A stretch of 59,564 nt of DNA, filler included, from 4 parts of 4 records of this genome joined end to end with filler, not necessarily neighbours in it, one strand, 5' to 3'; counted from the whole stretch's first letter, positions 19,744 to 29,088 are shown. The notes: generated by a model not told the origin, from the sequence alone. Translations and numbers: made by a program.

Positions 19744-20793
19744 GTGGCCGCCGTAATCCCGACGACACTCGACGAAATCAGCGTCGACTGGATCTCCTCG
19801 GTGCTTGATGCCGACGTGTTCGCGGTCGAGGTGATTGGTGCCCACGAGGGCACGACCGGACGCGGCCTGTTGAAGCTGGATGCGGTTCCCGGCTCCGGTG
19901 TCCCCGCCGAACTGTTCGTCAAACTGCCACCTACTGATCGCGGCCAGCGTGAGTTCGTGGTCAGCAATGGCATGGGTCGGCGCGAGGCCCTGTTCTACCA
20001 GCAATTGTCTCCCAGCCTGCCGGTGCGCGTGCCGCATTGTTATTGCGCACTGACCGATGACGCCGGTGAGCACTACATCATGCTCCTTGAATCGCTGGAG
20101 ACATCGGGCTGTACGTTCCGCAATGCCAGCACCCACTATTCGCTGCCCTACCTGCAGTCCGTGCTCGCTGAGTTTGCCCGCTTGCATGCCATGTTCTGGG
20201 ATTCACCGCGATTTGCCGGGGACCTGGCCTGGATAGCGCCGCCGGCCCAACACCCGATCGCGCGACAGCTGGTGCAGCGGGCCCTGGAAGCCCACGGCGC
20301 AAACATGCCGCCAGTGTTCACCGATCTCGCGGAGCTCTACCTTGCGGAGACTGATGCTATCCATCACCTATGGCAGGGTGGGGTGCCCACCCTGGTGCAC
20401 GGGGATGCCCACGATGGCAACCTGTTCATGGATGCGGGTCGGCCGGGTTTCCTCGATTGGGCGCTGGTGGCGAAGGCGCCTGCGATGCGCGATGTCGGCT
20501 ATTTCCTGGCGGCCACCCTGAAGCCGGCTGATCGTGCGGACCACCTGGTGGACCTGCTCACCTATTACCGGGATTGCCTGGCGGCCTGCGGGGTCTCACC
20601 GCCGTCTGTTGAGGTCTTACTTGAGGAACTGCGGCGACAGGCGGTGTATGTCTGGCTGGGCAGTACGGTCACCCTTGCCATGGGCGATGCCTGGCAGCCG
20701 GTGAACTATGTGCGCGCTGCGCTGGAGCGCCTGCATCACAGCTTGCAGGCGCTGGACAGCGTGGGTGCCATACAGCGCGGCATCGCGTCCTGA
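19744..20793 (+). CDS. Aminoglycoside/choline/ecdysteroid kinase-like phosphotransferase
   Basis: LFVK, REALFY, TLVHGDAHDGNLF (Brenner motif), FLDWAL, DVGYFL; RBS AAGGAG before GTG 19744. Confidence 0.88.
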   Translation: MAAVIPTTLDEISVDWISSVLDADVFAVEVIGAHEGTTGRGLLKLDAVPGSGVPAELFVKLPPTDRGQREFVVSNGMGRREALFYQQLSPSLPVRVPHCYCALTDDAGEHYIMLLESLETSGCTFRNASTHYSLPYLQSVLAEFARLHAMFWDSPRFAGDLAWIAPPAQHPIARQLVQRALEAHGANMPPVFTDLAELYLAETDAIHHLWQGGVPTLVHGDAHDGNLFMDAGRPGFLDWALVAKAPAMRDVGYFLAATLKPADRADHLVDLLTYYRDCLAACGVSPPSVEVLLEELRRQAVYVWLGSTVTLAMGDAWQPVNYVRAALERLHHSLQALDSVGAIQRGIAS

Positions 20794-20808
20794 CGCGGGG
20801 CTACCCGC

Positions 20809-21184
20809 TCAGTCGTTGACGCCGGGGAAGTGGTACTCGTGGCCCCAGACGTCGCCCTCGGTGCTGACCGTCGGCACGTAATTGCTCCAGTCGACCAGCA
20901 GGCCATCGTAACCGTACTCGACGGCGATGCCGCCCGGGGCCAGGGCGTAGAAGCTGCACATATTATCGTTGATGTGGCGGCCCATGGTTGCCAGCAGCGG
21001 CACACCGGCGCGCTTGACCCGGTCCAGGGCCATACCAACCTCGTCGAGGCTCCCCACTTCCACCATCAGGTGAACGACGCCGGCCGGATGTGGCTGGTTG
21101 TACAGGGCCAGCGAGTGCTGCCGGGGGTTGTCCGCGTGCATGAAGATAACCCGTGCCTCCGGGGCACCCTCAGGCATCGGCGGG
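20809..21184 (-). CDS. VOC extradiol ring-cleavage dioxygenase (BphC/HsaC-like), C-terminal part; 5' end cut by contig edge
   Basis: FMH..PRQHSLAL, HLMVEV..LDEVG.ALDR, TMGRHINDNMCSFY..PGGIAVEYG. Confidence 0.88.
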
Positions 21185-21284
21185 NNNNNNNNNNNNNNNN
21201 NNNNNNNNNNNNNNNNNNNNNNNNNNNNTTAATTAATTAANNNNNNNNNNNNNNNNNNNNNNNNNNNNNNNNNNNNNNNNNNNN
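21185..21284. other. Artificial contig linker
   Basis: 44 N + TTAATTAATTAA (stops in all six frames) + 44 N. Confidence 0.99.
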
Positions 21285-21566
21285 CGCGCCGGTATGGTTC
21301 AGCTCGTCGCGTTTGAAGTAGATCTTCGCCCCGCCGAAATGCTCGGTCAGGCGCTCAGCGAAATAGAGCGGCGACGGGCGGCCGACATAATGAGTCCAGA
21401 GGTCGTCCATCTCGGCCTTGAACTCAGGGTCTTTCTGCGCCCTGCGGTATTCGGCTTCGAGTTCCAGGATAAGCGGCATCAGCGTTTCGGCGACATAGCG
21501 TCCACCGAACTCACCGAACCGGCCATTCACGTCCGGCCACTGGTCCCAGGCATTTCTTACGTCCAT
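21285..21566 (-). CDS. trpB: Tryptophan synthase beta chain, 5' part (truncated by contig edge)
   Basis: [46 protein letters not shown]. Confidence 0.97.
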
Positions 21567-21570
21567 TACT

Positions 21571-22200
21571 TCAGACCTCTTTGGCAGCGCGGAGAAACGC
21601 CCGCACCAGCTCCTTGTCCTTTAGCCCCCGTAGCCGCTCCACGCCAGAGGAGACGTCGACCGCCGGCGCACCTGTCGCAGTGATCGCGCCGGCCACATTC
21701 TCCGGCGTCAGACCTCCGGCGAGGATCCATGGCTTCGGCGCCGTCCAGCCTTTCAGGATGGACCAGTCGAACGCCTGCCCATGCCCGCCGGTGCGGGCGG
21801 CATCCGTCGGGGGTTTTGCATCGATCAAAAGCCGGTCAGCGGCAGCAAATGGCCCTGCCCCGGCAAGATCCTCCGCCGTTTCCACACCAAATGCCTTCCA
21901 GACCTCACATCCGGTGCGGGCGCGGATCTCGGCCACGCGCTCCGGCGATTCCTGTCCGTGCAGCTGAAGCACGCGGATACCTGTCGCAGTCACCCGGTCG
22001 ATCAGGGCATCGTCCGCATCGGCCAGCAGGGCGACCGGCACCGATCTGCCGACACCCAGCAGCAGGGTCTCGACTGCCTCAGGTGTGACATGGCGCGGGC
22101 TGGCCTCGACAAAGACAAAGCCGACCCAGTCCGCCCCCTCCGCCGCACACAGGCGCACGAGGTCCGGATCCTTGAGGCCGCAGATCTTCACACGAGTCAT
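21571..22200 (-). CDS. trpF: Phosphoribosylanthranilate isomerase
   Basis: [47 protein letters not shown]; directly upstream of trpB. Confidence 0.96.
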   Translation of the reverse strand: MTRVKICGLKDPDLVRLCAAEGADWVGFVFVEASPRHVTPEAVETLLLGVGRSVPVALLADADDALIDRVTATGIRVLQLHGQESPERVAEIRARTGCEVWKAFGVETAEDLAGAGPFAAADRLLIDAKPPTDAARTGGHGQAFDWSILKGWTAPKPWILAGGLTPENVAGAITATGAPAVDVSSGVERLRGLKDKELVRAFLRAAKEV

Positions 22201-22260
22201 GGCTCCGGCGTTACGCCAGGGCGGGCACACCGGTCAATGCAGGGCTTCTGACGGCTGTAT

Positions 22261-22746
22261 TCAGTTCAGGATGGCATGGAAGGCCAGCATGCCTTCTTCG
22301 CCAGGGGTCATCCGCGCAAAGGTCCAGCGTACATGCGTGATCTCGTCGGCTGACGCCATACGGGTCTCTTCGCCATCCTCGATGATCAGATCATCGCGCG
22401 GCGCGAAGGATTTTCCGCCATCGACCGAGAAATCCACGGCCGCATTGTCGGCGATCACCGAGTCGTCGACATAGACCATGTCTTCCGGCACCGGGATGGT
22501 CATCACGACGCTGTCAGCCGGTTGGGCACCATCATTGCGGAAGCTGACCACATAGGCGAGCTCTTCGCCGGGCTCGACCGCCTCGGTCGGCACGTATTCC
22601 GTCTCCGTCGATCCGTCCTCATATTCCATCGAGACCACTTTCTCGACCGAAGCCGAAGACAGCAGCACGTCGGCTTGCGCAGGCAGGAAGGCAACAGCGC
22701 AGGCCGCGAGGAAACAGAAAGAGGTCGGCAGAACCTTGGACATCAT
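22261..22746 (-). CDS. Secreted DUF11-like (conserved repeat domain) Ig-fold protein
   Basis: Signal peptide ending AQA; VEPGEELAYVVSFRNDG..PVPEDMVYV..FSVDGGKSF..ITHVRWTF. Confidence 0.75.
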   Translation of the reverse strand: MMSKVLPTSFCFLAACAVAFLPAQADVLLSSASVEKVVSMEYEDGSTETEYVPTEAVEPGEELAYVVSFRNDGAQPADSVVMTIPVPEDMVYVDDSVIADNAAVDFSVDGGKSFAPRDDLIIEDGEETRMASADEITHVRWTFARMTPGEEGMLAFHAILN

Positions 22747-22951
22747 GGTTAATACGGGACACGTTTTGGCTAACGATTGTGACCATCCATCACAAGCGTT
22801 AAGATTAATTAAAAGACATGCCTGATTAAGGCGTTCATTTACCAACACCTGCACTTGGGCAAAATGTAGGCCGCATATGCCCATTTGTCCGGCAACGGAT
22901 GGCTTGTTGACACAATTTTTTGGGAAATGCGCAGGATCGTGAGGCCCTCAA

Positions 22952-23494
22952 ATGAAACGCATCAAGCTCAGCCGGGCCTTCACGCTGATCGAGCCCGGCC
23001 CCGTCACCCTCGTCACCACGCATGATGGCCGCAATCCCAACGTCATGACCATCACCTGGACCATGGTGCTCGATTTTTCAGGGCGCATCGCCATCACGAC
23101 CGGGCCATGGAACCATTCCTTCCTTGCGCTCCGCGACACACGCGAGTGTGTGGTGGCAATCCCCGCGGCCGACATGATCGATACAGTGATCGGCATCGGT
23201 ACTTGTTCCGGCGCCGACACCGACAAGTTTGCAAAGTTCGACCTCACCCCAAAAAAGGCAAAGCACGTCGCCGCACCTCTACTCGGAAACTGCCTCGCAA
23301 ATATCGAATGCCGCGTGGAGGAAATTATCGAACCTCACGGCATCGTCATCCTTGAAAGCCTCGCAGCCTGGCGCGATGACACGCGCAAGGAACAGCGCAT
23401 GCTTCACGCCGTCGGCGACGGGACGTTTATTGCCGATGGCCGGCGTTTCGACCGCAAGGCCATGATGGCATCGAAGCTGCCCGGCGGCCTCTGA
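22952..23494 (+). CDS. Flavin reductase-like family protein
   Basis: LIEPGPVTLVTT, NVMTITW, ECVVAIP, IGTCSGADTDKF, CLANIECRV. Confidence 0.88.
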   Translation: MKRIKLSRAFTLIEPGPVTLVTTHDGRNPNVMTITWTMVLDFSGRIAITTGPWNHSFLALRDTRECVVAIPAADMIDTVIGIGTCSGADTDKFAKFDLTPKKAKHVAAPLLGNCLANIECRVEEIIEPHGIVILESLAAWRDDTRKEQRMLHAVGDGTFIADGRRFDRKAMMASKLPGGL

Positions 23495-23509
23495 TCCGCA
23501 AGCAGAACG

Positions 23510-24277
23510 TCAGCGCTTCTGCTGCATCACGATCGTGAAGCGGAGATCCGTCTCGGCAGCGCCATCGGGCGCCTCTGGAAACGGCACAGCGGCGGTCACC
23601 GCCTTCAGGCACCGCCGGTCATAAAGCCGGCTGCCGCTGCTGCTCTTAATCCCGACGAAAATGACTTCACCGTTTCGGGACAGGCGGAACTCGACCTCGC
23701 AGGTCCCGGCCCCCCGAACGCCTTGCGGGGCATGACGGGCGAGTTGTTGGCGTACATCGCGCAGATAGGCATCCCGCACCGCCTTTCCGTCTCCGCTGAG
23801 AGGTGCTGTTCCGGATGAGGCGGCCGGTTCTCCGGTCAGGCCCGGTTCTGCCACTTGCGACGGGGTGTCTGGGGCAAGGGTTACGGAGGCTGGGCCGGAG
23901 TCCCGCGCGCTCACGGCCGGTTCAGCGGCGGGGTCTGATGCCAGAAGGACCGGCGTCTCTTCCATCGTTTTTACTGGCTCAGGTGCAGGGGCCGGCGCGG
24001 GCCTCGGCTGGACTTCGGCAGCCGACAATTCCGGAACGTCCACTTTCTCAGGTACCGCAGGTGGCAATTCCTTTGCCGGCGGCTTCAGCTCGGGCACGGG
24101 CGCAGGTGCTGCCACAGGTTCCTCGACGAGGCTGACAAGAAACACATCATGCTTCGTGCCAAGACCGGACGGCCCGGCGGGCGCCAGCAGGAAGACACCC
24201 GCCAGCAAGCCGCCATGGGCGAGCGCAGCCAAAGCCACGCCCGCCATATAGCTGGAGGTGAGAACCCTCCGCAGCAC
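23510..24277 (-). CDS. TonB-family energy transducer
   Basis: TM with His (ALAALAHGGLL), Pro/Ala-rich spacer, C-terminal GTCEVEFRLSRNGEV..SSGSRLYDR..AVPFPEAP. Start is GTG 24277 or ATG 24247. Confidence 0.85.
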   Translation of the reverse strand: MLRRVLTSSYMAGVALAALAHGGLLAGVFLLAPAGPSGLGTKHDVFLVSLVEEPVAAPAPVPELKPPAKELPPAVPEKVDVPELSAAEVQPRPAPAPAPEPVKTMEETPVLLASDPAAEPAVSARDSGPASVTLAPDTPSQVAEPGLTGEPAASSGTAPLSGDGKAVRDAYLRDVRQQLARHAPQGVRGAGTCEVEFRLSRNGEVIFVGIKSSSGSRLYDRRCLKAVTAAVPFPEAPDGAAETDLRFTIVMQQKR

Positions 24278-24278
24278 G

Positions 24279-26429
24279 TCAGAAGGCGACGTTGACGCTG
24301 AGATTGAACGACCGGCCCGGACCGGCGACCTGGTGGAACGGATCGACCCGGCCACCATATTTGTAATCGCCGAAGGCAATCCCGCCAAGCGGTAGGTCGT
24401 AGTCCTGGTCGAGCAGGTTTTCGACGGCAGCGGCAAAGCGCACCCGGCCAATCTCGCCCCCTGCCCTCAGATGGATCAGTACATAGCCCGGCGTCCTGAG
24501 TTCCTGACGCACTGCACTGATGTCATCCTTCTCATCGACCAGTTCCACTTCAAGCGCCTGCGTCCAGACACCTTTACGGTTCTCCAGCGCGAACAGGCCC
24601 TGGAGCGGGGCAATGTTGTAGAGGTTGTCACCGGTGTCCTTATTCTCGCCCTTCGCCCAGCTGACCGTGCCTGAAAGGCGCGTGTCGCCATAGCCGGTCT
24701 GCCAGAGCGGCATCGCGCCGGTGGCTTCAAAACCATAGAGCTCTGCCTCATGGTTTGCGAACTGGAGTATGGGCAATCCATCACGGAGTGTGCCGATCCT
24801 GTCAGCATCGATATAGTCTTCGACATAGCTGGCCCAGCCGGAAACCCGCAGCACACGGCCATTTTCGAGGCCGTCCGACCAATCGAGTGTTGCGGCGAGG
24901 CTGCGGGCGACTTCCGGCTCGAGGTCGATGTCGCCGACATAGCCGGCCCCGTCGCCGGTCATGTTGGTCATGGAGCTCGACATGGAACCCCGGCCCCAGG
25001 CGTAACGCTCGTAAAGGTTCGGAGACCGGGTCTTCTGCGCGGCGCCGAACTCCACGGCAACAGAATCGCTCGGACGCCAGGTCGCCTTTGCGGTGACATC
25101 GATATTGTCATCTTCCCGCGCACGGTCAGCCGCATTGAATGCCATCGCCGCCATGGCATCCGCCATGTTCATCATGCCGGTCCAGGAGTAAGGCTGGACC
25201 TCTCCGGTATCCATTTCGACGCTTTCGTAGCGCAGCCCGATCAGTGTCGACCAGGCCGCTGCAGGCTTGGCTTCCCACTCCCCCCAGACACCCGTACGGT
25301 TCCGTTCGCCATCATTGATGTTCACATAATCGAGCGGCGACATCATCATGCTGCCCGGAACGGCAGGCCAGTAATCATCCATCGACGCCCGGAACATTTC
25401 CGCACCGAACCGGACCTGGCCCACGCCTTCCACCGGCGTGTCGTAGGAGACCTTGAGCGAGGTATCCTCACCTTCGGTGATCATCGGCATGCCGCCGGTC
25501 GCTGCTCCCCCCTTGTCGGACAGGAAGTTCATTTCATGGTCGACGCTGCGCCAGGTCAGGTCTCCCGACAGGATGCCCGCGCCGAGCGGACCTTCGCCAT
25601 GCACCTGCACGCTGTTGCTCTTGTTGTCAGTGAGGTCCATGCGCTGGTTGGCAAAGCCCTCATAGGGCACCCCCTGCTGGCTGACCCGTACCCATAGCAA
25701 GACGTCGTCTGCCGGACGGGCTGCGAGCAGCAGCGACTGGTCGTAATTCTGGTAAAGCGTGGACCGGACTTCATCACCGGAACCGGACTTGTAATTGTCC
25801 GCCTTGTTCCAGCTCGCCTCATAGCGCGCACTGACTTTCTCGCCCGCGGCGTTGGCCTGCAGGGACGCGCCGATGCCATTTGAAACGCTGCGATACGTCG
25901 CCCCGGCCTCGCCGAAGACCTCAACGCCGCCATCGGAGAATGCCGGCGCCCGGGTCTCGATCGAGATGATACCGGCAATATTATCGCCACCCATGCTGAC
26001 GGGCGACAGGGTCGGCGTCACGACGACCCGCTCAACACGCGATGCGTCGATATAGGAGGAAACCGGGTTCATGTGGTTCGGGCAGTAATTTGTGGCCTGC
26101 TGGCCATCGATCAGAACGCCGACCCGGTCATCTGCGAGACCGCGCAATACTGGCAGCGACGCAATCCCCCCATTCGACTGAAGCGCGACGCCCGGTACGC
26201 GGGAAATCAGCTGGAGCGCATCGGAAGATGTGGCGAGGCCCGCCTCGACGTCGGGGCCCGTGATTTCCGTGCCGCTTGCGGCAACGCCCCCGGTTCCGGC
26301 CGGTCCGGCATCCTGCGCCTCGATCGGCGGAAGTTCCGTAGGTGCCTGCGCAGCTGCAGGGAGCGCGAAGCCTGCTGAGGTCAGGAGCACAGTAGCCGTG
26401 CTGCAAAGGAGTGTGTGTTTCATGTTCAT
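24279..26429 (-). CDS. TonB-dependent receptor, OprC/NosA-like (probable copper uptake)
   Basis: Signal peptide; plug LPVLRGLADDR followed by CPNHMNP (CxxxM copper motif of OprC-type receptors); Met-rich loops GSMMMSP and GMMNMADAMAAM; RSPNLYERY; terminal Phe. Confidence 0.88.
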   Translation of the reverse strand: MNMKHTLLCSTATVLLTSAGFALPAAAQAPTELPPIEAQDAGPAGTGGVAASGTEITGPDVEAGLATSSDALQLISRVPGVALQSNGGIASLPVLRGLADDRVGVLIDGQQATNYCPNHMNPVSSYIDASRVERVVVTPTLSPVSMGGDNIAGIISIETRAPAFSDGGVEVFGEAGATYRSVSNGIGASLQANAAGEKVSARYEASWNKADNYKSGSGDEVRSTLYQNYDQSLLLAARPADDVLLWVRVSQQGVPYEGFANQRMDLTDNKSNSVQVHGEGPLGAGILSGDLTWRSVDHEMNFLSDKGGAATGGMPMITEGEDTSLKVSYDTPVEGVGQVRFGAEMFRASMDDYWPAVPGSMMMSPLDYVNINDGERNRTGVWGEWEAKPAAAWSTLIGLRYESVEMDTGEVQPYSWTGMMNMADAMAAMAFNAADRAREDDNIDVTAKATWRPSDSVAVEFGAAQKTRSPNLYERYAWGRGSMSSSMTNMTGDGAGYVGDIDLEPEVARSLAATLDWSDGLENGRVLRVSGWASYVEDYIDADRIGTLRDGLPILQFANHEAELYGFEATGAMPLWQTGYGDTRLSGTVSWAKGENKDTGDNLYNIAPLQGLFALENRKGVWTQALEVELVDEKDDISAVRQELRTPGYVLIHLRAGGEIGRVRFAAAVENLLDQDYDLPLGGIAFGDYKYGGRVDPFHQVAGPGRSFNLSVNVAF

Positions 26430-26446
26430 TGCTTTCTGAGAGGAGT

Positions 26447-27025
26447 TCAGGCCGCCAGCGACTGGCCGCGGCGACGGTTTTGGAGGGCAGCTTCAATGGC
26501 ATCGGCCAGCGAAGCGCGTTCGGAGGGAGACAGGACGGAGCCGACTTCCACGTGCCGGGCCCCTGCCCGCAGCAGAAGGGAGTCACAGCCGCGGCCGGTG
26601 TCGTTGACCCGGTCGATGCGAAGCCAGTGTGGAGAAAGGTCTGACCGGGTCACGGCGTCGACCGCCCGCTCGCGTGTTTCGACAAAGACGGATGTATCGG
26701 TCAGGCAGACGCGCTGCCTGTACTGGCCGAGCGACCGGGCATGCCAGAGGATCATGACGCCAAGGGCGAGTTCCGACAGGAAGACGAGCGGGGTCACAAG
26801 CCACGCCCCCATCCAGGCGGTCGCCAGGCAAATCAGACTGCCCGGAAGGATCAGGGAAGCCGCAAGGGTCAGGGCGACCCGGTTGTTGAGGGAAACGTTC
26901 GGCGTAATGACGGCATCCAGCCAGATCCGTTCATTGCCCTCGCCGGCGGTGAGCCGGTTTATGTCACGGTCCCATGTCTGGGGACCCTGCAGCCTCCCGC
27001 GGGCTGCGATCAGATTGTTGTGCAT
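26447..27025 (-). CDS. DUF2244-family membrane protein
   Basis: LDAVITPNVSL, two TM helices with MGAWLV, PHWLRI, VEVGSVLSPSERASLADAIEAAL. Confidence 0.82.
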   Translation of the reverse strand: MHNNLIAARGRLQGPQTWDRDINRLTAGEGNERIWLDAVITPNVSLNNRVALTLAASLILPGSLICLATAWMGAWLVTPLVFLSELALGVMILWHARSLGQYRQRVCLTDTSVFVETRERAVDAVTRSDLSPHWLRIDRVNDTGRGCDSLLLRAGARHVEVGSVLSPSERASLADAIEAALQNRRRGQSLAA

Positions 27026-27108
27026 TGAAATTCATCCGATTCCGGACGCACCTGGCCTGGCCAGGCGCACCAACGCGCACGTCCGCAGACATGCGCGCGC
27101 GAAGGAAA

Positions 27109-27558
27109 TCAGATGCTGAGGGGCGGCCCGCGGGCGGGCGGAGGCGGGGCAGCGAGGCCACGGCCGGGAACAATATAGTTGAAATTCGTCAGGAATTGCG
27201 CAGGCGCCTCAAGAGGCTCTGCCAGCCTCCCCGACATTTCCGGCGGCGTGAAATGCGCCGACATGGCGTAAGGACAGGCTTGGTTCTTGCCGTCGTCAGT
27301 CTGGCCTGGAAGTTCCTCCGGGTCGACGATCTTGCCGTTTTTCAGGTCCAGCAGGGCCTGCGTGCCGTCTGTGCCGTCGCCATGACAGATGACGATGCTG
27401 ACGAAATCACCCGGCGTGTCTGAAGCGGCCAGCATGTAGCCTGCCGGTACCAGGCCGCGCACAATCATCGCCATCAGCGCGACAGCGCTGAGCAGCGACA
27501 TGAGTCCGGAACGGCTGGATCGGTACCACATACTGGACCGGAGAAAGCTCACAGACAT
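27109..27558 (-). CDS. DUF2946-family protein (CruR/CutF-like leader) ending in RGPP; true start may be ATG 27531 or 27501
   Basis: Hydrophobic N-segment, RGLVPAGYM, IVICHGDG, ACPYA, C-terminal APPPPARGPPLSI*. Confidence 0.85.
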   Translation of the reverse strand: MSVSFLRSSMWYRSSRSGLMSLLSAVALMAMIVRGLVPAGYMLAASDTPGDFVSIVICHGDGTDGTQALLDLKNGKIVDPEELPGQTDDGKNQACPYAMSAHFTPPEMSGRLAEPLEAPAQFLTNFNYIVPGRGLAAPPPPARGPPLSI

Positions 27559-27601
27559 GTGAGAATGACAACTGTGTCATGCAGCCACAGATCAGTGGCT
27601 G
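27548..27601. promoter_or_regulatory. Three tandem palindromic boxes with ACA-N4-TGT core, candidate operator array
   Basis: CTCACA-gaca-TGTGAG (27548-27563), ATGACA-actg-TGTCAT (27565-27580), CAGCCAC-agatca-GTGGCTG (27582-27601; core has one mismatch). Confidence 0.45.
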
Positions 27602-27653
27602 ATCATGCCGGACCTGGCCGGATCACAGCATGATCAAAATGGACTATGCTGGA

Positions 27654-28991
27654 CTATGGCGTGCCGAAGCGCGACCGGAAATCATCCAGCACGAGCACAT
27701 AGTCGTCTTCATCATGGAAGGCCTCGTCGGAGAGGTCAGGCTTCTCGCCCGCCTTGTACCAGTCGGCATACTCGGCCACGTCCCGGCTCTGCTTGCGGTA
27801 ATAAGTCGAGTAGGTCTCGACCGTCAGCTCCGGCACGTCCTTGCCGAAGTCGAAACTCATCAGGCGCATCCAGCCATCGCCGATGCCGACCGGCCAAGCC
27901 GACTGCACGCCGGCATCCTTCGCCGTCTGGCCGCGGTCCTGATAGTCCGCCAGCACCTGCCAGACAGAGTGACCGAAGGCGTTGTCGTCCACGCGCCAGG
28001 CCTGGCCATGTTCATGACCGCAGAGGACGAGGAAGATCTGGTCCTGCTGGCTGATCAGTTTTTCCCAGACCATTTCGGGGCTGTTGTTGATCGGGTCGAC
28101 CGCATGTCCGTCGACGATCGGGTTCGGTAAACGCTCGCCTTCCTTGGTCATGAAGTCATGCGTCGAAACGATGGTCGGCAGGCCGGGATATTGCGCGATT
28201 ACCGAAGCGGCCCACGTCAGAGAGGCATCCGGCGGGTCGAACTGGAGGCCGATATGGAGGAAGCGGTATCCCCCCGCCTCGAATACCTGCGCGCTGTCTG
28301 CGCCGCCCTCATGCGAAGCGACATACCAGGGCTTGCCTTTGAAGAAGGGCGTATCGGCCCCGAACACGGACCGGAAATTGTCGAGCCCGCCCGGATGCAC
28401 AACACCGAGGGAGGTTTTGAGGTCATTCGGGTCAACCTCAGCCGGGCGCGTTGCCTGAGGCGGGAACTTTGCCGACGTCCACATCGAATCATAATCGTGA
28501 TTGCCCGGCACGACCGAGAACGGCGTCTTGCCTGCGATAAGGGAGAAACCCTCATGTGCTTTCGGCATCTCTACCGTCTTCGCTTTTTCCGTCGGCGCAA
28601 AATAGGTATCCATGATCGGGTTGGGCACGCGTTCGAAGCCGCGCGCCTTGTGTTCCTCATCCATTGTCAGCGACTGATGCTGCCAGACATCGCCGAGTGA
28701 GGAGACGAAGGCGATCTCACCGCCCTCGGATTCCAGATTGTCGGCGACGAACTGCATCTGTTCGAGGAACATCTCACTCGCATCGAACGGGAAGCCTTCG
28801 GCCGTCTGGTGAGTGTAGTCGAGATAGTTCTGCGTATCCGGCAGGACAGCGATGGTGAACGCGCTGTCGATGGCCGGTGCCTCGACAGGCTGAACGCCCG
28901 GCGCCGCACTGGTGCAGGCGGCAGCCAGAGCCATCAGGGAAATCAGCGCGGACGAGAACATCGGCCGCCGGGCAAGAGCTGATATACGCAT
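27654..28991 (-). CDS. Calcineurin-like metallophosphoesterase lipoprotein
   Basis: Lipobox LAAAC; VLPDTQNY, LGDVW, PGNHDYD, STHDF, LCGHEHG. Confidence 0.88.
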   Translation of the reverse strand: MRISALARRPMFSSALISLMALAAACTSAAPGVQPVEAPAIDSAFTIAVLPDTQNYLDYTHQTAEGFPFDASEMFLEQMQFVADNLESEGGEIAFVSSLGDVWQHQSLTMDEEHKARGFERVPNPIMDTYFAPTEKAKTVEMPKAHEGFSLIAGKTPFSVVPGNHDYDSMWTSAKFPPQATRPAEVDPNDLKTSLGVVHPGGLDNFRSVFGADTPFFKGKPWYVASHEGGADSAQVFEAGGYRFLHIGLQFDPPDASLTWAASVIAQYPGLPTIVSTHDFMTKEGERLPNPIVDGHAVDPINNSPEMVWEKLISQQDQIFLVLCGHEHGQAWRVDDNAFGHSVWQVLADYQDRGQTAKDAGVQSAWPVGIGDGWMRLMSFDFGKDVPELTVETYSTYYRKQSRDVAEYADWYKAGEKPDLSDEAFHDEDDYVLVLDDFRSRFGTP

Positions 28992-29070
28992 TCGTCTGTC
29001 TCCTGAATATCTTCCGGGCGCAAGGCGCGCGACTCGAGGTTCTGTTCCGGCAGGGCTCTAACGCCTGCGC

Positions 29071-29088
29071 ATGACAGTTTCTTGCGTG
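29071..29088 (-). promoter_or_regulatory. Possible Pho box upstream of the metallophosphoesterase
   Basis: Minus strand reads CACGCAA-gaaa-CTGTCAT: one perfect PhoB half-site and one poor one, about 80 bp upstream of the ATG. Confidence 0.35.

Noticed and set aside
21229-21240. TTAATTAATTAA palindrome, repeated three times in the window
   Set aside because: Synthetic linker within N-runs, not a biological repeat or CtrA site.
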